Shown piece after piece: positions 39,345 to 47,922 of a DNA stretch of 64,000 nt (positions within the stretch are counted from its first letter, which is position 1; each line of letters begins with the position of its first letter). Source of the stretch: Bacteroidales bacterium (lineage in GTDB: Bacteria > Bacteroidota > Bacteroidia > Bacteroidales > UBA4417); NCBI GenBank assembly GCA_038249635.1, contig JBBSDG010000001.1, positions 2,037 to 66,036 on the forward strand. The letters run 5' to 3'. The position numbers were made by a program, and so were the translations under genes. Under the pieces are notes generated by a model. That model did not search any database. It was given only the letters and a program-made list of their open reading frames with translations, and was not told the origin of the DNA.

Positions 39345-40742
39345 TTAGTGTTTCCACAATTTATTCATTTCTTCCAATGTTTTACCCTTCGTTTCGGGAA
39401 CCATTTTCCAAACAAAAATCATTGAAAGGACCGACATTACCCCATAAAGCAGGTAGGTAAATGTAATGCTGAATGCTTCCAGCGAAGGAAAAGTTGCCGA
39501 AACAATAAAGTTTGAAATCCATTGAGCCGCCACGGCAATTGCCACTGCTTTGCCCCGTATGGTATTGGGGAATATTTCAGAAATCAATACCCAGCAAATA
39601 GGCCCCCACGACATCATAAATGCTGCAGAATAGATAATGATAAATATCAGCGTACTCACTCCAATGATTTGAAAATGCGCTAAAAGGCCAATGGCAAACA
39701 TGGCTATTGACATAGCCACAGAGCCAATGATTAACAAAGGTTTACGGCCAAGTTTATCTACGGTAAGTATTGCTACCAATGTGAAAACTATATTCACAAA
39801 TCCCAGCACTACAGTTTGATACATGGCTGCATCGTTACCAACTCCCAGTCCCTTAAAAATGGTTGGGGCATAATAAAGTACAACGTTAATGCCTACTGCT
39901 TGCTGGAAAAACGAAAGTAATATGCCTATTGCCAAAACTTTCCAGCCATAAGCAAACACTTTCTCAACCGTTTCGTGTGCTGAATCGTTTATGTCTTTTA
40001 AAATTTCGGCAGCTTTGGTTGCTCCATTTATTTTGGTCAGAATGTGCAGTGCTTTTTCACTTTTATGCGACATGGCCAGGTAACGGGGAGTTTCTGGAAC
40101 AAAAAACAACATAAGTCCAAAAAAAGCTGCAACAATTGACTCGGAGGCAAACATATATCTCCAGCCGGTTGCATTTATCCATTCGTTGCCCTTACCATTG
40201 ACAATAAAGTAATTCACAAAATAAACAACCAACATACCAAACACAATGGCGAACTGATTCCACGAAACCAATTTTCCCCGGATATCAGCAGGAGAAATTT
40301 CTGCAATATACATAGGGCAAATAGCTGATGCCAAACCAACTCCAACTCCACCAATAATCCGATAGACATTGAAACTAACCAATAAATTTGAAATGTGAGT
40401 AGTATCGTCGAAAAAAATCATTTCAGGAAACCCCGAACCTATTGCAGAGATAAAGAAAAGTACCGAGGCAATAATCAACGAACGCCTCCGCCCAAAATAT
40501 GAGGCAAACAATCCAGACAAAACGCTGCCCAGAATACAACCAATAAGTGCACTCGAAACGGTGGCTCCATGATAAAAAGTAGCTAAATTGCCATATGTAG
40601 CTTCATCCAAATGAAAGAAAACTTTTAACGGATCAACTGCTCCCGAAATAACTGCCGTATCGTAGCCGAATAGCAGTCCGCCGAGCGTAGCTACCAATGT
40701 AATACCGAAAATATAGATTTTATTTCCCTGTTGATTATTCAT
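39345..40742 (-). CDS. MFS sugar porter (XylE/AraE-like sugar:H+ symporter)
   Basis: 465 aa with 12 predicted TM-like segments. Motifs: GLLFGYDTAVISGA, GRRRSLI, VPETPRYL, PETKGKTLEEM. Confidence 0.9.
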   Translation of the reverse strand: MNNQQGNKIYIFGITLVATLGGLLFGYDTAVISGAVDPLKVFFHLDEATYGNLATFYHGATVSSALIGCILGSVLSGLFASYFGRRRSLIIASVLFFISAIGSGFPEMIFFDDTTHISNLLVSFNVYRIIGGVGVGLASAICPMYIAEISPADIRGKLVSWNQFAIVFGMLVVYFVNYFIVNGKGNEWINATGWRYMFASESIVAAFFGLMLFFVPETPRYLAMSHKSEKALHILTKINGATKAAEILKDINDSAHETVEKVFAYGWKVLAIGILLSFFQQAVGINVVLYYAPTIFKGLGVGNDAAMYQTVVLGFVNIVFTLVAILTVDKLGRKPLLIIGSVAMSIAMFAIGLLAHFQIIGVSTLIFIIIYSAAFMMSWGPICWVLISEIFPNTIRGKAVAIAVAAQWISNFIVSATFPSLEAFSITFTYLLYGVMSVLSMIFVWKMVPETKGKTLEEMNKLWKH

Positions 40743-40791
40743 TTTTAATCACTTGATAAAGAATTAAGTTTGATTCATTTGCCGGTACAAT

Positions 40792-42498
40792 TTATTCTTC
40801 CCGGTAATAGAAATAGTCATAATAAACTGGATTTTGACTAGGTTTTCCATTTGATGAGGCATACATTCCAATCAATGGTCCGGTAAAGCGACCTCCATAA
40901 ACGAAGGCTGTTTCAGACAAGTCGATATCCTGCTTTAAATCTGTCCATTTTTTACCGTTGCCTGAATAGCTAAAGCTATGAACCAAGCCTTTTACAGTCA
41001 TTTTCAAATGGATATTTCCATCTTTCACAGTTGTCTGTGCCAATAAGGAGTCAGCTGTTGCTTTTCCTGAACGTAAAGCTACTTTTAGAACCAATTTTTT
41101 ATTTTCGCGTGTCACGGTGTATTTGAGATAACAATTCCGATCACGCTCAAGCAATATTCCAGCCTCTTCATTATCAGCAAGCGGATTAAATTTCATTTTT
41201 GTTACCACACTAAAATTGGCATGTTCCTGACGTTTACATACAAACGAAGGATTCACCTTTTCGCTGGTTGATTCGGGACGGAGTTGTATGCGTAAATAAC
41301 CCTTCTTTTCGGATAACGACCACCACTCGGTGCGTGGCGTACGCAAGAAATTCCATTGATAATGAAGCTTTTCGGCATTAAAATCTTCTAAAAGATAGCT
41401 TTTGTCAACCACCATTTCAGGTAGATTGGGTTTCTCCTGAACCAATTCACTTCGCCCGACTTTTCCTTTCGGATTAACAATCGGCCATTCGCCCGACCAA
41501 TCGACCATACTTATGAATGTTTCACGACCCAAAATAATTCTTGGATTGTTCTTTTTTTCATCCTGTATCGGTCGCTTTCCCAGATAAACAATGGCCCAAT
41601 CACCATTTTGAATTTGAATTAAATCGGCATGACCGGTAGCTGTAATAGGATAATTCGTTGGTAAATCGCGGTGCGTAATTATCGGATTATTGGGGTTCAT
41701 TTCCCAGGGACCAAAAATGTTCTTGCTCCTGAAAATAACAAATGCATGGTTCTGACCTGTGCCGCCAATAGAGCAAGTAAAATAGTATGTACCATCCTTT
41801 CTGTAAATATGAGGCCCTTCCATGGCATTGAGGTAATTCACATTATCTGCTCTAAGTGGGTTTACGGTACTGTGAAAATCTGCTGAATTGCAGTTGGTAT
41901 GCATTTCACCCACTAATTCCCATTTTTCCAAATCAATTTCCTGTGTCCAAATAGTATTGTGGCCACTCCAAACCTTGTCTTCTGGTTTAGGTTTAAATGT
42001 TCCCGACATATAAACTTTTCCATCATCATCAAAAAGTAAATCGGGATCAATACCGGGGGCTCCCTTTATCCAATGCGGTTCGGACCAGGGTCCTGCCGGA
42101 TTGGTGGCTGTGCAAATAAAATCGCCTCCTCCTTTACCAATCAGCGTGGTAACCATGTAAAAAATACCTTTATAGTACCGAATACAAGGTGCATAAATGC
42201 CCCCCGAACTCTCACACTCATCCAGATTCAACTGCGATGGACGATCGAGCACATGGCCAATCATTTCCCAATTTACCAGATCGGTACTGTGATATACCGG
42301 AACTCCCGGAAAGTACTCAAAGCTTGAAGTCACCAAATAGTAATCTTTACCAACTTTGCAAATACTTGGATCGGGATTAAAGCCAGTAATTACCGGGTTG
42401 GTAAAGGTGTTTTTTATTATTTCCTCAGCATTTCCCTTTTGACCAAATACAAGAGTCAGAATAATCATTAGCCCTGGTAAAGTTTGTTTGTAGTTCAT
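40792..42498 (-). CDS. GH43 beta-xylosidase / alpha-L-arabinofuranosidase with C-terminal beta-sandwich domain
   Basis: 568 aa with a signal peptide. Contains NPVITGFNPDPSICKVGKDYYLVTSSFEYFPGVPVYHSTDLVNWEMIGHVLDRPSQL and EGPHIY. Confidence 0.9.
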   Translation of the reverse strand: MNYKQTLPGLMIILTLVFGQKGNAEEIIKNTFTNPVITGFNPDPSICKVGKDYYLVTSSFEYFPGVPVYHSTDLVNWEMIGHVLDRPSQLNLDECESSGGIYAPCIRYYKGIFYMVTTLIGKGGGDFICTATNPAGPWSEPHWIKGAPGIDPDLLFDDDGKVYMSGTFKPKPEDKVWSGHNTIWTQEIDLEKWELVGEMHTNCNSADFHSTVNPLRADNVNYLNAMEGPHIYRKDGTYYFTCSIGGTGQNHAFVIFRSKNIFGPWEMNPNNPIITHRDLPTNYPITATGHADLIQIQNGDWAIVYLGKRPIQDEKKNNPRIILGRETFISMVDWSGEWPIVNPKGKVGRSELVQEKPNLPEMVVDKSYLLEDFNAEKLHYQWNFLRTPRTEWWSLSEKKGYLRIQLRPESTSEKVNPSFVCKRQEHANFSVVTKMKFNPLADNEEAGILLERDRNCYLKYTVTRENKKLVLKVALRSGKATADSLLAQTTVKDGNIHLKMTVKGLVHSFSYSGNGKKWTDLKQDIDLSETAFVYGGRFTGPLIGMYASSNGKPSQNPVYYDYFYYREE

Positions 42499-42562
42499 AA
42501 ATAGTGAATTGGTTATAAATGTTTGTATTTTTATGAGAGTTTGTCGATTTTCATAAGTAATT

Positions 42563-43438
42563 TTAGTTAGAATAGAGATTAAAAAAACCTTCTGTGTCCT
42601 TTATTTCATTTAATCCTAAAATCCAACACACTTCGGAAAGGTCTGAAAAATCGAGTCCACCTGCAGAAATTGCTGGATTATTGTGACGCCCATCTTTTCC
42701 ATTATATTTGTTCGCTATATCAATCGCAAGCTGCCATATTTTGACAAGTTTGGGGTCTGATATTTTATCCTTCCAACCGGTATAATCAGGAGAACGAAAC
42801 CCAGGCGTTCCGTTTCCAACTGCATTACCATCAGGTATTTTACAATAATCCGTATTCTCCTTTACAAATTGAAGGTTCTTTGGTGATGTCATTTTTTCAT
42901 TCCAGGTGCTATGTTGAACCACATGAATGCGTTTAGACACATTTATTCCAGGAAAATCAGTGGCAAGGGCTTTTATAAGACCAGCGGTAAAATCTGATTG
43001 ACCACCCTCTGCAATCCAAATATCGCCCTGTTTTTTAAGAGTTCCTGTTACTATTTCTTTCACTTGCTTAACTGCAGATTCAAAATTTTCATGGGCATCT
43101 GACCAGTTGCCACTAAATGAAAGTTCTAATAAATCATTGGGAGGTACATATAATCCTTTCTGCATACCATAGGTACCGGCAACTACATGATAATTTACTT
43201 TTGAAAAAGCGGCATCAGACATTAAGGTAGCCAGGGCTGCAATAGAATGAATATCATCCACATCTGTTCTACAATCAAATTGTACTAACAAAAGGTCTTT
43301 TCCTATATTAAAGGCTCCTGCTTTTGAATTTCCTTCTAAATTATTGTTTCTAAAAGACATAAAAGCAGCTATTATTGCAAGAATTATCAATGCTTTGAAT
43401 TTCATATTACGTAGTTTTATATTGAGTATACTGTTCAA
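42563..43438 (-). CDS. Exported hypothetical protein with a nucleoside-hydrolase-like Asp cluster
   Basis: 291 aa. The likely real start is MKFKALIILAIIAAFMSF at 43405. QFDCRTDVDDIHSIAAL resembles the DxDxxxDDxxAL motif of inosine/uridine-preferring nucleoside hydrolase-like folds. This is a weak, motif-only call. Confidence 0.3.
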   Translation of the reverse strand: MNSILNIKLRNMKFKALIILAIIAAFMSFRNNNLEGNSKAGAFNIGKDLLLVQFDCRTDVDDIHSIAALATLMSDAAFSKVNYHVVAGTYGMQKGLYVPPNDLLELSFSGNWSDAHENFESAVKQVKEIVTGTLKKQGDIWIAEGGQSDFTAGLIKALATDFPGINVSKRIHVVQHSTWNEKMTSPKNLQFVKENTDYCKIPDGNAVGNGTPGFRSPDYTGWKDKISDPKLVKIWQLAIDIANKYNGKDGRHNNPAISAGGLDFSDLSEVCWILGLNEIKDTEGFFNLYSN

Positions 43439-43457
43439 CTTTTGCTTTTAATAGATT

Positions 43458-45134
43458 CTATTTTTTCAATTTCCCGAAATTTCCCGGGAGATTATTCAGA
43501 TACTTTATCAGTTCTGCTTTCAATTCTTCATGTTTGACTGCATATTCGGGCTTGCCGTAAAGGTTATTTTGTTCTGTCGGATCTGTTCTCAGATCATACA
43601 GTTGATTGGGTTCATAGTAATGTTTGTATCTGAGCGTTGATTGATACTCTGCATCGCCTCCGCCTGGAATCAGCATTACATGAGAAAAAGGCATGGCCGG
43701 ATCGGTAAAATGGTAGGCCATTTTATTTTCAATTCTCGCTTTATTCCATCTCTCCAATACTTTTTTTCGTTGAGAACCTGTCCATTTGTTGGCAAAATCC
43801 GGATAACGCAGGGCAATGTATTTCAGGCTGTCTTTCAAAACACCACGTGAGAATCCCATTTCGAAATACAGTGATTCATGAATTTTCTTTTTTTCGCCAT
43901 TCAGGATAGGCAGAAAACTTGTTCCATCGAAGCTCTTTATGGTTTCAGGCTTTCCTCCGGCCATTTCATATAAAGTGGGAGCAAAATCGATGTTCGAGAG
44001 CAAATCGGTATTGACCGTTCCACATTTGAATCCCCCCATTTTCCAGATGATGGAAGGACTCGAAACTCCGCCTTCATACACAGAACCTTTGGCCCACTGC
44101 CCGTGATCGGTAAAAAAAACAATGATCGTGTTGTCGTATTTCCCGGTTTCTTTCAGCTTTTTTATTAGCGCACCAACCGCATCGTCAATCCAAACTGTAT
44201 TGGCTTTTTCGTCGGGTATCTTTCCGGGTTTAGCCAGTCCGGCAGCAATTAGTCGTTGTGCAATGGTTTCTTTTTCAGGCATAACATTCGGAACTTTATC
44301 CAGATATCCTTCCGAAGTAATCCGCCGGTCGCCATTCCACGAATGTGCGGCATCCGAAGGACTATGAGGAACTGTTGTTGCAAAATAGAGGAAGAAAGGC
44401 TGATCGCTTTTCTGATCCATAAACTCCAATCCCTTAGCCGTAACCCAGTCGAGATTTTGGGATCTCAGTTTCTCCGGCCCCAGAAAGTGCGGATTGTCTT
44501 GGTAATTGGCTCCTGCGAAATCGAATCCGGTTCGTTTGATATTTTCTTCGATGATTCGCGCATTCTTCAGCAATTCCTGTTTTACCTGCGGATCTGCGGG
44601 GTCTGCATTTAAGGCGAGTTTCTTCCAACCGGGTGCTTCAATGGCATGATTTTTACCTACAAATCCGGTGCGATACCCCTGTTGCTGCAACAATGCGCCA
44701 ATTGTTTTGGTCCCGTTGGGGATATACGAATTCCATTGAACAACCGTTGCTCCTTCCATTTTCCGGGTATAAGAAACAAATTCATCACAAGTAGATCTGC
44801 TGGCATACTGCCCGGTTAGGCAAGAATAGCGGCTGGGTGTGCACACAGCCGAACTCACATGCTGCCCCATTAAAACCACACCTTCCTTGACCAATCGATC
44901 AATATTGGGTGTAAGGTTTTTTCCTTTCCCTTCAGGCAAACAATTAAACATGACGCGTTCCATGTCGTCGGAAATAAAGAAGATGATGTTTGGCTTCGCT
45001 GAAGGAACAAGCCCGGTTATTTTAGTTTCTTTTTTTTCGGAATGCAAGACGCTTCCGGCTGTGGTTAAACAAGGCACCAGCACAATCAATCCGGCCAGGT
45101 AATTTGTTTTTCCACCTATTGACAATGGTTTCAT
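43458..45134 (-). CDS. S1 family sulfatase (Cys-type), distinct subfamily from the three paralogs
   Basis: 558 aa. Motifs: IIFFISDDM, AVCTPSRYSCLTGQY (C-x-P-x-R) and FFTDHGQ. Confidence 0.9.
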   Translation of the reverse strand: MKPLSIGGKTNYLAGLIVLVPCLTTAGSVLHSEKKETKITGLVPSAKPNIIFFISDDMERVMFNCLPEGKGKNLTPNIDRLVKEGVVLMGQHVSSAVCTPSRYSCLTGQYASRSTCDEFVSYTRKMEGATVVQWNSYIPNGTKTIGALLQQQGYRTGFVGKNHAIEAPGWKKLALNADPADPQVKQELLKNARIIEENIKRTGFDFAGANYQDNPHFLGPEKLRSQNLDWVTAKGLEFMDQKSDQPFFLYFATTVPHSPSDAAHSWNGDRRITSEGYLDKVPNVMPEKETIAQRLIAAGLAKPGKIPDEKANTVWIDDAVGALIKKLKETGKYDNTIIVFFTDHGQWAKGSVYEGGVSSPSIIWKMGGFKCGTVNTDLLSNIDFAPTLYEMAGGKPETIKSFDGTSFLPILNGEKKKIHESLYFEMGFSRGVLKDSLKYIALRYPDFANKWTGSQRKKVLERWNKARIENKMAYHFTDPAMPFSHVMLIPGGGDAEYQSTLRYKHYYEPNQLYDLRTDPTEQNNLYGKPEYAVKHEELKAELIKYLNNLPGNFGKLKK

Positions 45135-45206
45135 TTATTAGTTTTAAGATTAAAGGAAAATGTAAGATTCACTCCTCAAAACTATGTGAAGGGTTCGTTT
45201 CAATCC

Positions 45207-45240
45207 TTGAAAAAAAAACTTAAAATCTTTAAAATTCAAC
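45207..45240. promoter_or_regulatory. Conserved intergenic motif, copy 2 (TTGAAAAAAAAACTTAAAATCTTTAAAATTCAAC)
   Basis: It matches copy 1 at 29 of 34 positions without gaps. It lies 73 nt upstream of the sulfatase start at 45134, which is the first gene of the 21-kb minus-strand array. Two further short blocks follow in the same order in both copy 1 and copy 2 regions: ATTTAA(A)GT and TTCTGGAAA. Confidence 0.5.
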
Positions 45241-45475
45241 CGAAAACATCTATTTAAAGTGGTTCTGGAAACTTTATGCGGCACTCCAAGAAATTTATCC
45301 CAATTTCTGAATTATTCATCCAGCAAATTATACCATTTCTTAATTAGTTTATCCGAACTTGTTGCTGTTGACTGTGGTTTCAACGTAACACCAAACATTA
45401 GGATAAAACCGCTTAAAAGAATATATCCTCTCTTAAAGTCGAAAATTGGCTGTTCCGAAATTCATTTCTAATTGA

Positions 45476-46216
45476 TTAAAAAACTTCCAATGGGTTAATG
45501 TCCATGGGCTTTGAATACTTTTCAGGATTTCGAGTAATGATTCTGATGTTTCTAAATTGCCCTGTATATTTTTCTTTTTCAGGTTCATTACCTAAGCTGT
45601 GAATTTTAAAGGCAATATATCCTTTTTTGTATTTTTTATTTATCAGATTTGCTGCCGGGACTCCATTTACCCAGGTTTTTATATAAGACCCAATAGCCTC
45701 AATCCTTATCTTATTCCATTCGCCCCTGAAATATGCTTGTTGTGCCCGCTCATCATTGGCGAGAGTATAAAGCCAATGCCAGGTTCGTCCAAAATCATCA
45801 AAAATACCTCCAGTCCACTTACGTCTTGGTGAGGGATCAATTTTAAGCATATAGCCGTAAAGTCTTACGCTTGAAGTATCAATACTTCTGGGAACATCGA
45901 TACTTCTAAAGAGTACTCCGCTATTGAAAAAACTATCCGCTTTTACTTCCAGTTCAAGAATAAAGTCTGCGTATTTATTGGTTGTGCAAGCAAAGGTATG
46001 TTCAGGAGTGTTCTTCACCATATTACAGGTAATGGCACCTTCATTTACACGCACAACTCCCTCACTTCCAACCACCTTCCATCCATCTAAATTTTCCCCA
46101 TTAAACAGTGAGACCCAAGGTTCGTTAGTATTTTGAGCGCTTACGGGTAAGGCTAATAAAAAGCTGCAAAACACAATCAGTAAAGATTTGTAAGTTAAGT
46201 TTTGAAGTGTTCCCAT
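45476..46216 (-). CDS. DUF1080 (Pfam 3-keto-disaccharide hydrolase family) protein, exported
   Basis: 246 aa with a signal peptide. It has WVSLFNGENLDGWKVVG near the N-terminus and GQFRNIRI near the C-terminus, the hallmark DUF1080 ends. Confidence 0.85.
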   Translation of the reverse strand: MGTLQNLTYKSLLIVFCSFLLALPVSAQNTNEPWVSLFNGENLDGWKVVGSEGVVRVNEGAITCNMVKNTPEHTFACTTNKYADFILELEVKADSFFNSGVLFRSIDVPRSIDTSSVRLYGYMLKIDPSPRRKWTGGIFDDFGRTWHWLYTLANDERAQQAYFRGEWNKIRIEAIGSYIKTWVNGVPAANLINKKYKKGYIAFKIHSLGNEPEKEKYTGQFRNIRIITRNPEKYSKPMDINPLEVF

Positions 46217-46217
46217 C

Positions 46218-47847
46218 TTATTTTAGTTTCACTTGAATTAATTCAATTCCAATTCCTGTACCTAAATTTCGGGAATATTGTTTATCCTTATTATTATTCC
46301 AATGTTCGTGAACACCAAGACTTTTTAGTGGTGTGCCATCGTTTTCAGAATCGTATTTTGTTCCCGAAGGTGGGTTGTTAGCCAAAGCACATTCCTGAAA
46401 CTGATTATCCTGTTGACCGTTGAAACTTGGATTTTGTGCAACAAGATTTGGTTCACTGGCAATAAAATCGTACACTACTGATTCAATAGCCACAGGGTCT
46501 TGTGAAATCAACAAACTCGAAAACCAATCATTATTCAAAGTTGCCCAACGCATAACGGGTCCGGTTTGATTGATGGAGGTATAAAGTCCATCGGCAAGAT
46601 AGAGGAATGATTTGCTATTGATGACTTTGTGTCCCATAAGTACAGGTGCGGAATGAGGGTCTTTTAATTTATTTGGTGTCGGGTAACCCCACAAAGCAAA
46701 AACATGCAACGGATTTGGTTTAAAGGCCAATGAATCGAAGCACCACACAGAACCAAAATGGTTTTTAGCCATGGACGTAATTCCAAATACACGGTGCGGA
46801 CGAACCAGAGAATAATTGATGATGTAAGTGGCTTGCGTATATGATTTTGGGAGGCACATTTTGTACTTTTTCCCATCTGGCATATTAAACCAAAGCAGAA
46901 GTATCCGGTTCGGCTATGCGGCAATTGGGTAGATTCCCAACAAATTTACCTTCAAAAATTACCTTGGCGAATTCCGGAGATTTATTTCCATGAATTCGAT
47001 CGATGATTTTGTCCCCAATAAAACGCGATGGGTCTGTTATGATGATATCTTCACCTGAAACCCCAGCCACTTCAATGAGCTGTGTTATTAAAGAGTTTAG
47101 CATTTGAGGACTTGGATAACCTTGATTTTTCCATACGTTTTCAGCTAGGTGCAGCGCATTCATGTTGATCTTTATCACAATCTTTTCGCCTTTCTCATAG
47201 CTTTTTTTACCACGCCCGTTTTGTTTATTATTATATTCGAAAAGCTTTTGCCAAGCCTCCTTATCTGTTTTTATTCCAGTAAGGTTTTGCAATGTTGCCG
47301 ACATCATTTTATCGGTTTCCGATTGGTTGGTATTGTTATCATCCCACCACATTCCGTTTCTTTCGTCCCAGCTGGTAGCCATAAGATCATGTGTCCAGAC
47401 AACACGACCAGGGAATATTCCTTTTGCTTCGCCCATTGGAGCATTTGAACCTTCAGGATTAATAAGGGTTGGCACAAAAACCACCTTCGATGAATCTGCA
47501 ACTACCCATGTCAGAGAAATAAGCATCGCAACAGAGCCGATGAATACCAACGCAACAGGTTTATTGATCCGTTTTCGAATTTCCTGATAAACAGAAAGAG
47601 ATGTAACGATGCTTATTACATAAAGTAAAAAACCACCGCCAATACCTACTGCTGCCTGCTGACAAGGATATGCAACACGACTTGGTTTGGGAATTACCCT
47701 CACCAAAAACCAGATAATAGCAAAAATACCTACAATAGGGAAAGCCAGTTTCGTATAGATATTATCGAATCGAAGTTTAACAATCCGACCTGATTTCGGA
47801 CATCGTTTTACTAAAAATCCAGGAATAAATCTGTTTATTGATTTCAT
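46218..47847 (-). pseudogene. DUF362 family protein split into two frames (frameshift or assembly indel)
   Basis: ORF 46885..47847 has an N-terminal membrane anchor, KPSRVAYPCQQAA, and EKIVIKINMN (like the DUF362 KPN motif). It stops at TAA 46885. ORF 46218..46883 starts 1 nt later in a different frame and carries LVRPHRVFGITSMAKNHFGSV (like the DUF362 K.H...G.T...KN.fG motif). Together they total about 541 aa, a normal DUF362 length. Confidence 0.6.
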
Positions 47848-47922
47848 TGGTTTAAAATTTAGTAGCCCCCTCCAAACCTCCCAGGGGAGGCTTAAAAAAG
47901 CTGGTACTTGTGGCTTTTATTT

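Noticed and set aside
45259-45471. 70-aa plus-strand ORF in the 340-nt gap between block B and block C
   Set aside because: It has no motif and no plausible ribosome-binding context, and it runs convergent into the DUF1080 3' end. The gap is better explained as the promoter/operator region holding motif copy 2.
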